From Octopus sinensis (lineage: Eukaryota), in assembly GCF_006345805.1 (NCBI RefSeq), contig NC_043013.1, positions 17,732,001-17,796,000 on the forward strand: DNA of 64,000 nucleotides, given 5' to 3'. This document shows positions 1-12,485 of this stretch, in pieces. A model generated the notes under the pieces. It did no database searches, had not been told where the DNA came from, and worked only from the letters and a program-made list of their open reading frames with translations. Both the position numbers and the translations under genes were made by a program. Position 1 is the stretch's first letter. The number at the start of each line of letters is the position of its first letter.

Positions 1-381
1 CCAGTTGACCTCTGGTACTTTTAATAGTTGTTGAAAAGAAGATGCATTCATCATACCATTGTTGATAAAATCTTGTTCAAGTATTGGTGTTTCACTTTTG
101 AAATAAAAGATGCATTTGTCACACTATTGTTGGTAGTGTTTCACATAGCAGTGTTACATATATTAGCAGTCTAGATCTAGTTATCTGTTATCTAGTTATT
201 TGTCTGTCTATCTACCTATGTGTGAGTGTGACTTGCTTCTTCCATGCTGGTATGCATTGGGCACTTCAACAGGAGCCAATTAGTCAATGGCCTGCATCAA
301 GCTCTCGTTATCTGATATGTAAGCATGTGTCTTTGTGTGTATGTTTCAATTCTAAAACATTTCATCTCATTCTCTTTTCAG

Positions 382-560
382 CTCAAGCCCCGTTTGACCC
401 TTCTGGAAGACCAAACAAATTCTACTACAATGTGGAATCATGTGCTTCATTGCGGCCAGAAAATATTGTTTTTTCAGCCATTGCAGTCCTAAAGAAGAAA
501 TTGAGTGATTTACAGACGCAACTCAGTCAAGAAATGCAGGGAGATGCCCTGCGAATTTGA
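382..560 (+). CDS. POLR2C: RNA polymerase II subunit RPB3, terminal coding exon (upstream exons lie outside the window)
   Basis: After the acceptor tctcttttcag (AG 380-381) the frame reads [58 protein letters not shown], matching the conserved RPB3 C-terminus. AATAAA at 640-645. Confidence 0.93.
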
Positions 561-1770
561 ACATCATCTCTTAGATTTTATCAGGTTTTTTTTTCTTCAT
601 TTCATTCATCATTTCAGATAAAAAAAAAAATTCAGTCTTAATAAAATTCTAAGCATTTTTAATTCTTTTGTATTTCTATCATAATGAGGTTTTATTGTTT
701 TTTTAACCCTTTTCTGTTGAAATACACTGGCTATTTTTCAGTTAATTTTGGAAACTGTGAAGAATTTAGTGTAACAATTTGTTTGGTGTTTGGAATATAA
801 ATTAACATGAAATTTTTACAGTAGGTTTCAATTTAAATTATTTAAAAACATGAAGTTTGTATCGTAGAAGCTGGAGTTGGTATCAAAAGTGTTAATATTT
901 TTGGTCTGGTGGAAGAGAGCCCCTTCATGGCTTTCTCAGGCCCTTTGAAACAAGTGAGATCAACATCGACATAGTTGGTGTCCTTCATGATTAGATGCAG
1001 GGAATAGGGAGTGTGATTTTAGAGAGCTGACTTTTTTGGAGAGGGAATGAAGAGCCTGGTGTGGCAGCTGGCAATAAGGTGAAAGTACAATGTGGCTGAC
1101 AGGTGGTGGATTGGAAGGGTCTTTTAGCAAGGGTGCAGATGTTTGTGTATGTGAAGTAGCAACTTCATTCCAGATGTTGGAGCAGAATTTCATTGTTGGT
1201 CCCTTTTATGCTTTGTACAAAGTATTTGTTGAGAGTTTTAAGTGTTCTGTGCCCTTGAGAAGCAAGCAAGAGCAGTCTTTATGATGCTGTCTTATACATC
1301 CTTGCATAAATTACTTTTTGTTTTCATGTTGGTTGGGGGTGGACTCTTTTTCTTCCCCTGCCAGCAAAAGTTGGACAATGACTGAGGCAGTATTTCATAG
1401 ATCTATGTCCTTTCTGTTGCCAATCTTTACCCCTGTTTTTCAAGTAAGAGATTTTTATGCCATTGGTCTTTGCCACTCAAAACCATGAGGCTACAAGACA
1501 TGTTGTTTAAAGGTATCTCACGTCACTCTTTTGCTTCAATAGTATCATGTAAAGGCATGCAGAAAGTAAACACATACAGACATATCTAATCATCATTTTA
1601 ACTCCATTTTCCCAATGTGGCATCTGTCAAACAGGGTTCGTTGAGGCAGGTTTTCTACTGAAATATGACATACGTATAATAATTATAATTTAACTTTTAT
1701 TGGATTTATTGGTGCTTATACAGAATGCTAAAATTTAGTATTCATTTCATTATTCTGTATAAGTACCTTC

Positions 1771-2114
1771 TGTGAAGGCGCATGGCTCAGTGGTTAGAGC
1801 GTCGAGCTTACGATCGTGAGGTTGTGAGCTCGAATCCCGGACCGGGCTGCGTGTTGTGTTCTTGAGCAAGACACTTTATTTCACGTTGCTCCAGTTCACT
1901 CAGCTGTAGAAATGAGTTGCGACGTCACTGGTGCCAAGCTGTATCGACCTTTGTCTTTCCCTTTGATAACACTGGTGGCGTGGAGAGGGGAGGCTGGTAT
2001 GCATGGGCGACTGCTGGTCTTCCATAAACAACCTTGCCCAGACTTGTGTCTAGGAGGGTAACTTTCTAGGTGCAATCCCATGGTCATTCATGACCGAAGG
2101 GGGTCTTTACCCTT
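1771..2114 (+). mobile_element. tRNA-derived SINE
   Basis: A box TGGCTCAGTGG, B-box-like GCTCGAATCC, tRNA-like head. Flanked by tataagtacc/tataagcacc (1758-1767, 2115-2124). A reverse-strand relative lies at about 20570-20895. Confidence 0.85.
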
Positions 2115-2920
2115 TATAAGCACCAAGAAATTTGATAAAAATTAAATTATCATTTAATATATATTGTATCCTGAAATTATCCATGGTGGTAAAAGTATAC
2201 TTCCATTGTTACCCATATGACTGGTAACACTGTTGTTTTAAATAATCTCTAAGAAAAACAGTCATTAACGTCTTCCAACATCAAAGGCAAGCTGACAGAA
2301 CTGTTAGCACACCGAGTGAAATGCTTAGCAGTATTTCGTCTCTTCACATTCTGGGTTCAAATTCTATCAAGGTCAACTTTGCCTTTCATCCTTTTGGAGT
2401 CGATAAATTAAGTACCAATTGCATACTGGGGTTGATCTAATTGACTGGCCCCCACTCCCCCAAAATTTCGGGCCTTGTGCCTAGAGTAGAAAAGAATATT
2501 TTTATAACAAATCATAAAAAACTGAAAAAAATAAACATGAAAACTGAAAAAATTAAATATCTTATTGAATCTGATAACATTTTTATAGCAAATCATATGA
2601 TGCTTATTGAGGAGGCCAAAGGTGAACAATGTGTTGAAGTGTTGAATCAAAAGGATCTTACTCTTTTAATCCAATTTCTTGTTACATAAACTAAATGTTT
2701 TATGGGGGTGAGATAACCAAAAAGTACTCTGTTTTTTCTCCTGAGGCATAATTTAAAGGTTTACCAAATGAAGGTAAACGGGCTTTATTTATAATGCATT
2801 AAAAGTCAGTTTCAATCTTGCTTGCAATGTTACTCACCAAAACTGGCGCATAATGGGAAAATACCATAAATTAATTTTACCCTGAAATGTCAATACGAAT
2901 GTGTGTGTGTGTGTGTGTGT

Positions 2921-3758
2921 CATCATCATCATCATCATCATCATTTAACGTCCGCTTTCCATGCTAGCATGGGTTGGACGGTTCAACTGGGGTCTGGGGA
3001 GCCCGAAAGCTGCACCAGTCCAGTCAGATCTGGCAGTGTTTCTACAGCTGGATGCCCTTCCTAACGCCAACCACTCCGAGAGTGTAGTGGGTGATTTTAT
3101 GTGCCACCGACACAGGTGCCAGACGAGGCTGGCAAACGGCCACGCTCGGATGGTGTTTTTTATGTGCCACCGACACAGGTGCCAGACGAGGCTGGCAGAC
3201 GGCCACGCTCGGATGGTGTTTTTATGTGCCACCGACACAGGTGCCAGATGAGGCTGGCAAACGGCCACGATCGGATGGTGCTTGTTACGTGCCCACAGCA
3301 CGGAGGCCAGTCGATGCGGTACTGGCTACGGCCACGTTCGGATGGTTTTATTGTGTGCCACGTGCCACCGGCACTGGTACCACAAAGATACAAATTCCAT
3401 TGATATTCATCTATTTTGATTTGTTTTGATTTGATTTTCACTTGCCTCAACAGGTCTTCACAAGTGTCACAAGAAGGAAGGTATGCACAGGTGGACTGAC
3501 TACGTTCCAGGTAGGGGCCATGGGTTATGGCCTGACTAGTCTTGCCGGGTCTTTGGATGGTGTTTTTATGTGCCACCGACACAGGTGCTAGATGAGGCTG
3601 GCGAACGGCCACGATCGGATGGTGTTTGTCATGTGCCCACCGCACTGACTACAGCACTGATGGATTTCTTGTGTGCCACAGGCACTGGTACCACAAGATA
3701 CAAATTTCATTGATGTTCATCTATTTTGTCTATTTTGATTTGATTTGATTTGATTTGA
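2921..3758 (-). mobile_element. 3' UTR fragment of an RTE-clade LINE with (GAT)n tail and internal ~62-bp tandem repeats
   Basis: Near-identical to 42061-42630, where the same sequence continues into an RTE reverse transcriptase ORF. Repeat units start at about 3099, 3162 and 3224. Confidence 0.85.
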
Positions 3759-5379
3759 TATATATATATATTTATATATATTGTCATCATCATCATCATT
3801 GTTTAACGTCTGCCTTCCATAAAGTAAAAACAAATGGTGTTTAAAATTTACAAAAGCTGTTTTCATAGAGTTTTATTCATGCATATATAACATAATCCAC
3901 CATTATCAGGTAAAATTTTAAATAAATAAGATTTCAGACAGGTGAAATTTCTTGCATCAACCTGCACAAATCCAACACCAGTTGGACGAGCTCATTTTAG
4001 GAAAATCACACAATGTCAAGATAAAGTGGCACAAACATACTCATACTCACACACACACATATATTTCAGGTTTCATCTACCAAATCCACTTTCATGAATT
4101 TTAGTCAGCCTGGTGCTGTAGTAGAAGGTGTCATGCAGTGTCATTGAACTTGAAACCATGTGGTTGGGAAGCAAACTTCTTAATCATACGGTCACATCAT
4201 GATGTCCCTTTAGCTGCGTCAAGCACGTGGCTACCTCTGTAGCACTGGTTGTCACATAAAACACACCCAAGATACTCTGTAAAACATATTGTGAAAGCAC
4301 TTTAGTCTGGTCAAGAATATGACTATTTTTCTAGTGTTGCTGTCTATTACACTGTTGTTATTAGGAAGGGCACCCAGCCATAGAAACCAAGCCAAGGCTG
4401 ATATGAGAACAAGATGAAGTTACCCAAACCAGCCAGGTGAGTAGGACCTTTGTATACACATAGACTGTAACCATGACAACCAGTCTGACACATGTCAATA
4501 CGGTAAGTGAATGTAAAAGGATGCTGTTGATGATGATAGATGCATACATAGAAAGAGATGTATGTATGCACAATGGAAGGGCATCTATCCGGAAAACAAC
4601 GCTTCAATGATATATCTGTCTTTAAAAAAAAATAAAGTTCCTTCCCGAGTCATAGACTCATAGGGCCAATTTTCACAGCATATGTATTCTCCACCTGGAC
4701 AGGACACCGGTCCATCAAAGGATTACTCATTTTTGCCAGCTGAGTAGACTGGAGCAATGTGAAATGAAGTGTTTTGCTCAAGAACACGACATATCACCCA
4801 GTTCAGGAATTGAAACCACAATTTTACTATCGTGAGTCCAACACCCTAACAACTAAGCTATATGCTGCCTCTATCTGTCTTACCCATATATATATATGAT
4901 GGCCATTCATTTGTGACCGAGGAAGACTATCACTGACCATTGCCCACAAAAAATGCCAGCAATGCCTGTGTATGAAGTTATTGCACCAGCAGTTGGTTTC
5001 ATTCAGATTCATGCTCACAGCAGCACCCTCTTACTTGACCGAGCATTGGATAGGCATCTCACTGGTGATTGCACAATCTAAAATCTTAGGTGTAATAAAG
5101 CTTGCACAACACCTCATAGACCTTCTCCACCATACTGACATGATCCAGAACAAGATATCTAGCGCCAGCATAAGTAACAGGCTCAGGAATATGGGAGTGC
5201 CATGATCTGAAGTGCAAGCAAAAGATCCCCAAAATGTTCAGTCCCATTCCCTGCATATCTGGTTTTGTATCAGAGTGATCTTCTGGAGACATGCTTTAAT
5301 AAAAGCAATGGGGTGTCTCACTCTCTGTGGTCTTCCAGTATGCTGGACATTAACCCTAAGGGATTGTGCTATTGTGACC

Positions 5380-5720
5380 ATCCGATGAATGAGTAAGGGA
5401 CACTGTCAAAAGCTTTCACTATGTTAGTAAATGCCAAGTACAGCACTTTATTTTTGACTTAATACTCCTCCTGCATTTGCCCTGTTATGAAAAGAGCCTC
5501 AGTTGTACTCCATGATACAAAATCAAACTGCTTCCTTCTAGGCTGATTATCTTCCTAATTAGTTGAGCTTTAACCCTTTCTGTAATTTTCATGACCTGGT
5601 CCAACTGTTTCATACCTTTGTAATTACTCCTCTCTAAGGTATCTTCTTTTTCCTGTAACAGTTGACTATAATGCTGCTAACCAGTCATCAGGTATGATAT
5701 GAATACAGCCTTCAGGTATA
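5380..5720 (-). mobile_element. Degenerate non-LTR reverse transcriptase remnant (RTE-like)
   Basis: Minus-strand peptides IPDDW, DTLERSNYKGMKQLDQVMKIT and KAFDSVP, interrupted by stops and frameshifts. Confidence 0.65.
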
Positions 5721-5829
5721 ATGTTACGTCTCAATAACATCTGTTAATGAAACATTTGTAGATATACCAAAGGCGGTGGTCCAGCATGGCTGCAGTCAAA
5801 TGACTGAAACATGACTACAAGCAATAACT

Positions 5830-6052
5830 ATTTCTTTACTACCCACAAGGGACTAAACACAGAGAGGACAGACAAACGGATTAAGTCGATTATATCGACC
5901 CCAATGCGTAACTGGTACTTATTTAATCGACCCAGAAAGGATGAAAAGCAAAGTCAACCTCGGCAGAATTTGAACTCAGAACGTAACGGCAGATGAAATA
6001 CGGCTACGTATTTCGCCCGGCGTGCTAACGTTTCTACCAGCTTGCTGCCTTT
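5830..6052 (-). mobile_element. SINE, same family as 43307-43498 and 55813-56046
   Basis: Shared sequence tatttctttactacccacaagg...gaaaggatgaaa..caaagtcaacctcggcagaatttgaactcagaacg. Confidence 0.8.
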
Positions 6053-6649
6053 AAAGTAAAAGGAATACCACGAAGTCCAATCATCTGTTTTATTCCTGTA
6101 TAACACCATGCCTAAAGTTTCCTATTACACTGGATAATCTTGGATCTGCAGCATACTGAACGCCTGTGGGTTTTCCCTCTTCGATGTATTCTTCATCAAT
6201 CAACTGGATTCTATTGTCAGTTGATTTGTGTCACACTGTCTAGCCATTCATAAGTGACATGCTTCTCATTGAGCTGCGTTGACCTATTCAATAGATTCCT
6301 ATCAAATCAATATGTGTGTTTGTGTGTGTGTGTGTGTATGTTTGAAGAAACACACACAATTAGATTTATCCAGCAACAAAGGACATTAGCATCTCAGTTA
6401 AAGTTTAAGGTTTGTAAATTTTTCCACAGCACAATAAAAGTTGTTGGTATTATTGTTGTGCCCAAGATGTTGCCATTGGCTACTTTTGTTTCACATCAGC
6501 CAGAAAATGAGGCAATGGCCTTAGAAAACTCTGTCATCCCTTGGATATGATTGGCTAATGAACAAATAGTAAATTAGGATTGTAAGTCATGTGTGCATGA
6601 ATGATATAGTTGGCTGCCTGAATGATAGGTGTGTGTGTGTGTGTGTATG

Positions 6650-6684
<35 letters not shown>

Positions 6685-7066
6685 TACATACACACAAGCA
6701 TACATATGTATTAGCCAATCATATTAAGAGAAGTTTCTAGATCTATATAAGGAAGTAATAAAATATTTATGCAGCTCTTCTTCTCTCCCTATCCTCCTCT
6801 CTCTCTCTATATATATTTATATACATATGTGTGTGTATGTGTATATAAATATATGTATGTATGTATACGTATATATATATTTTTATATGATGATGATGTT
6901 GATATATATGAAGTAATTAACAAGACAAAAAAAGACAAAACAGAGGACAGGTGTAAACAAAGGTGTTATTAGTATATTTGTATATATGTGTGCGTATGTG
7001 TGTGTGTGTGTATATATATAATAGAAATATGTTACAAAAAGAAAATAGAAACTACACGTGGAAATT

Positions 7067-8308
7067 AAGAAGAAAAATAAGTGAAAATGCATATTGGAAA
7101 TCGATAAAAGTAAAGGCTTTTTATGAAGAGTAACGATAGATACATACAATTAGTTGAACTGAGGTAGGAATAAAAGTAATAAAAGTCATTGTTGTGAATT
7201 GTTAAAGAAATTTAAAAGCACACCGGTTTCTTAAATTGATAAATGATTGCATTAAATGAGCTATGGAAATAGATATACAAACATTAAGGGAAGTGAATCG
7301 AAATACTAAACCAGACTTAAAAATACTCCCGTACATTTCCACACATAACCCTAGAAACAACGAAGCCTTCAACATTATCACCCAAAATCTTCCCATCCTC
7401 ACAGGAGATAAAACAGTGAACAAAATTTTAAGGTCACACAAAATCATCAAAAGCAAAATGTAACCTAAATTATTGAAAAAAATATTAACCAGCGCAAAAC
7501 TATATCCATTAACAACAGAACCAAAAGTGAAAAAATGTGGTCGACCTAACTATAGTACATGCCCCTACCTTTTGGAGGGTTCAGAATTCCACTTTAGACA
7601 AGGTGAAATATTTAAGTTTAAATAAAATTTCACCTGTGCCTTGGAAAATCTACTTTATGCCATTACATGCTTAGAGTGTGGTAATAATTATATTGGCCAA
7701 ACAGGAATATCACTCCGTCAAAGAACCACTCTCCACAAAGAAATCCGCCACCCACAATACTGACAGATACAGGTTAGTGAATACATAGAAAGGTGTGCTA
7801 GGAATCTTAATCCTAATTTCCTAATTTTCCCCTTCTATCAATGTTCACAGAACACCTCAGTACAACAAAGAATGAATAAAGAGGCAACTTTCATCAATAA
7901 ATATCTTCCACAACTCAATATGAACACATAACATAATACAGAACACTACTAACCTTTCAATTAATACCACTAACCCCCATACATCCCATACACCATTTAC
8001 ATTTCAGATCTATGTCTACCCTAATTGCACCAAATCCAGAACTACTTACTTCCCTTACACATAATCCTTTTACTCAGGGACTAGTAGACCTGACACTGTT
8101 GCTTAATCGGTGTGCATTCAAAGCAATGATTAGTAAATTTAAGAAACCGGTATGCTTTTAAATTTCTTTAACAGTTCACAATAATGACTTTTATACTTTT
8201 ATTCCTACCTCAGTTCACCTAATTGTATATATATCTTTCGTTACTTTTCATAAAAAGCCTTTACTTTTTTTGATTTCCAATGTGCATTTTCACTTATTTT
8301 TCTTCTTA
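7067..8308 (+). mobile_element. Penelope-like element: GIY-YIG endonuclease remnant between ~190-bp inverted repeats
   Basis: Broken + frame ...KCGRPN..TCPYL...FTCALENLLYAITCLECGNNYIGQTG.SLRQR...PFYQC... 7067-7258 is the diverged reverse complement of 8116-8308. Confidence 0.85.
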
Positions 8309-8534
8309 CCTCCCCCTCCCCTATATATATATATATATATATCATCATCGTTTAATGTCCGCTTTCCATGCTAGCATGGGTTGGATGATTTAACTGAGGG
8401 CTGGCGAACCAGATGGCTGCACCAGGCTTCAATCTTGATCTGGCAAAGTTTCTACTGCTGGATGCCCTTCCTAATGCCAACCACTCCCAGAGTGTAGTGG
8501 GTGCTTTTACGTGCCACCGGCATGGGGCCAGTCC

Positions 8535-8960
8535 CTAGAGCAGCGGAAGAATGTTATTTTCTCAGATGAGTCATCTTTTACCTTATTTCCGATCACCAGC
8601 CAAGTATATGTGTGGCAACAACCAAAAGAAGCATTTGACCTAGACTACCTTCTTCCAACTGTTAGACATGGAGGAGGATTTGTGATGATCTATGGGGTTA
8701 TATCTTGGAAATTTACCATACCAAGGGTTTCCCTTAATGGCAGAATTAATAGTCAGGACTGTTTAAGCATTTTATCTAATCAAATTCATTCTATGGTTGC
8801 AGAACTGTTTCTGGAGGGAAACACAACCTTTCAGGATGATAATGCACAAAATCACACAGCTAAAGTTATGGCATGAGGAACATTCTAGTGAAGTTGAACA
8901 TCTTATCTGGCCACCACAGTCCCCAGATATCAATATTATTGAACATTTATGGTGCATCCC
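8535..8960 (+). mobile_element. Tc1-family transposase fragment
   Basis: NVIFSDESSF...PTVRHGGG.VMIYG...FQDDNA..H...WPPQSPDINIIEHLW motifs, with one frameshift. Confidence 0.85.
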
Positions 8961-9069
8961 TAGATCAAACCTTAGCTGTGATCTTGGAACCTAACGCTCG
9001 ACTTGCTATAACACTTACCCAGCATACCTATTTGTTTAGATCACAAGTGAAATAAACCCCTCATATAAC

Positions 9070-9315
9070 AAAAAAAGAAGAAAATGGAGAAATTGACATA
9101 TAGACATTAATTGATTAGAACATAATACAATTCTGAACAACATCAAACTAAATTTCACCTGGAAATTTAATTTAATTTAATGTAGTTTCTCAAATTGAAG
9201 TAATTGGACATGGAAAAAATTGTAGGTGAAATTGTGTTTGATATTGTTCAGAATTGTATTATGTTCTAATGAATTAATTGTCTATATGTCAATTTCTCCA
9301 TTTTCTTTTTTTTTT
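9070..9315. repeat. Long inverted repeat, ~90-bp arms and ~60-bp spacer
   Basis: gaaaatggagaaattgacatatagac...aatttcacct is mirrored by aggtgaaatt...gtctatatgtcaatttctccattttc. Confidence 0.9.
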
Positions 9316-10854
9316 TTTCTAATATATAAAAATAGCAAACCCATATCCATCAATGCGAAGCTAACATCTTTGGTTTTTCACTGATACACTGGATAAAACT
9401 GGGGAACTTGGATGTTCCATTATAGCATGTATATATTATATTAAAAGAAAAATCAAAACCAAAGCAAAATGAGTATGTCAAGCCATTTAGAATAATTTTA
9501 TTTGAAGTCTTAAAGCTGTTTCTGCGATAACCCAAATGGTAGGTAAGCATGTCCATGCACTGGGCATTCTGTAATCAGAGACAAGGTGTGAATATTTTAG
9601 ACAGGGGAAATTCACAGTTTATAAGGAATAAAATAGAAGAGTAAAGGCGTAAATGTAGTTAGGAGAATATAAGCAGGAGAATAATGTTCACAATTCATCT
9701 TTTTCCGGAAGATATGGACGTTGGTTGGTACTTCGATCAAAGTACAGGTCTGTAGTTAAAATCCCAAGTAAATCCAGGCAGTATTTTGGCAGTACTTTGA
9801 ATGATGTATACATATTGTAAATGTGTATATAGAAAGTATGATGGACATAAATGGGTTTTGTGAGTGGGTGTTTGAGAGAGAGAGAAAGAGAGATAGGAAG
9901 TAGGAATAAAAAATAAGATAGCGGTAATAGGGTAAAAAAAAGGTAATGATAGATATATCATAAATGAGTTTTGTGAGAGAGTTTGTATGGGAGAGAGGAG
10001 AAAGGGGATAAAAATAAAATAAGATAGAGGTTACAGGATAAATAAATGAGAATAAGAATAAAAATAAATAAAAAGTAAAGGTAATGATATAGTATTGTAT
10101 GGGGGTTAGAGGTCAAACATTAAAGTTTCAGTAGAGTCAGGATGGAAGGTTATAATCTAGGTAAGGTCAATAGGTTAGTGCAGATATTTAAAATTCTATT
10201 TCAAGCTTAATAGCAATTGAATATGAAGTAAAGGATTAAGAATTAAAATTAAAACTCAAAACTAAAATTTAAAAGTTAAGCTTAAAATTACAAACTAAGA
10301 AAACTAAAATCTAAAACAACTACAAGAACTAAAAAATAAAAAATCTACAAGAACTAGAAATTAAAAATCATTGAGTTGAAACTAGCTAGTTTGATGCTGT
10401 TCTTACATTTGAGATGTTATAAGGAAAGAAGTTCGAAGATGGAATCAAATGTGAGATCTCTTCCCTGAAAATGGAGGCCCGTCTCATCCTATGATGGAAT
10501 CAATCTACAAACATTATCATGGACCACCAAGCCCCCAGAAAGAACTGTTGGATTTGTAACACTGGTCAGCATCCCCTTTAATCCCCTATATCATTTGTAT
10601 TCTATGTAAGTCGGACCTTTTTATATGTATACATTTATACATTTTTTGCCTTTCATGTATTTAATATACTTTATATATTTATTTGTCTAACTTGCTTATC
10701 CTTACATTTACTTACATACATACAAGTATATGTATATACACACACACACATATATACGGGTTTATATATGTATATATATATATATATATCGTTTTTAGAA
10801 AACATAAATCCAGAAAAGTACACTCTAAGAAGTAGAGCAGTCTATGTTTTTTAC

Positions 10855-11280
10855 AGGGGTTATCCTGGGTTTTCCGTCCATATAGGGTTTAACTTTATGG
10901 CGTATCGTCAGACACCAAGACCTCTTTAAAATATGGACGGGAAAAGCCTCATTACAAATGTAAGCAAGGGGATTATCTCCTTTTGCCAATGGCTATCGAC
11001 TAATGACCATCGGTATCCAGCCGTATCGCCATCATTCAGCTGCATGGGTAAGCGCTAGGGGATTATCTCTCTTTCTCAGTGGCTATCGACTTCCGGCTGT
11101 TCCGCTATCTTGCAGATTCCAAAATGCTAGCAGGAATCTCCTAAAATGTAAAGATGGCCCGAAAATCTCCGTTCTGGAGTTAAGTATGGCCCCTGGTTCG
11201 AGTGAGTCTTTTAGGATTCTCGTGCGTTCAGCTATGCATAACTTGCAACGTTTCGTCCCGTTGATGTGGGGGGGGGGGTT
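10855..11280 (-). mobile_element. 3' remnant of a Penelope-like element
   Basis: The minus-strand ORF contains NGTKRCKLCIAERTRIL...LNSRTEIFGPSLHFRRFLL, resembling the KRCxLC...LNxRxE...RHxxKFLL tail found after the GIY-YIG domain of many PLEs. Confidence 0.6.
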
Positions 11281-12076
11281 CGAGCGTGCAGGATCCGCAA
11301 CAGTTGCCCTGTAGAAGGCCGCTGTGAAACCAAAGGGGTCGTAGATAACCCAGCCAATTCTACCGGCAGGACCAATATAAGCCGTCGACACGTGGACAGA
11401 ACCAGCAACGCCGCCACCATCGCCGCAGCGGACAGCGTTGGCGGTACCAACATTAGCAGGACCAACGGCACCACTAACATCAACACCAGCCTTAAAGGGG
11501 ACTAACAACGCCCACAATGGCAGGCTTGGCAGCCCCTATAGTAGCAGCAACGAAACATAAAATATATATAGAGAGAAAGGGTGGGATAGAAAAGAGATTT
11601 TCAATTTCAAGGAATATAAGAATGTCTGATAGTAGACCATTCTCTTGTGGATATTCATTATGAATAGTGACTCATTTCACAAGAAGAAATGTCTATTGTT
11701 TCCTAACAGACTAAGTAATCGTTACAACTCATGATTATGGCCAGTGACTAATTTTGTTTGATTCATGTTAGGAAGTGAGGGCAATAATTCTAGAAAAATG
11801 TCACACCTGCCAGATGGTTGGTCATTAGAGAGGTTTCCCAGTGCCCCCGCAAATGTTCAACCTAAGGTGGTGAATTGGTTTCTTTCTTCCTTCTTCTCAC
11901 TCTTATGTATATATTTAAGCATAAATAAAGAAAAGAATTGTATGTCATGTGTATTTGTGGTTGTCAACAGTATGCGTATGACTAATATGTGCACGTGTAT
12001 ACGTAGTGAATTTTATTGAGAGAAATTACAAGAACTATCTACAGACCTCTATATTTATATATTCATTCTCGTTTGC

Positions 12077-12147
<71 letters not shown>

Positions 12148-12284
12148 CGTACATAATATGCATGTATATGTTGTATGTATGTATATATTTATGTATGTAT
12201 ACAGCCATCTATTTGTCTGTCTCTATATATATATTATAGGCGTTGGTAAAAAATACGAACACCACCCGTTTTCGGCGTATCAGA

Positions 12285-12425
12285 AACCCTAATCTTAATC
12301 ACCGGGCTTACGTATTCGCTCCTAACCCCTAACCCTAACCCTAGTCACCAGGTGTACGTATCCTTTACTTTCGCCCCTAAACCCTAACAGTAACCACCGG
12401 GTGTATGATTCTTTACTTTCGCGGG
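12285..12425. repeat. Short tandem array (~46-49-bp units) containing telomere-like CCCTAA repeats
   Basis: Three units beginning caccgg/caccag, with embedded cctaacccctaaccctaaccct. Confidence 0.7.
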
Positions 12426-12440
12426 GAATCTAAAAAAAGA

Positions 12441-12471
<31 letters not shown>

Positions 12472-12485
12472 CACACATATACATA

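Noticed and set aside
1771-1850. tRNA gene
   Set aside because: The tRNA-like head runs directly into a repeated SINE body with a TSD.
3099-3290. Regular ~62-bp repeats resembling a CRISPR array (also 61380-61670)
   Set aside because: Whole units repeat without unique spacers, they lie in an RTE 3' UTR, and the DNA is eukaryotic with no cas genes.
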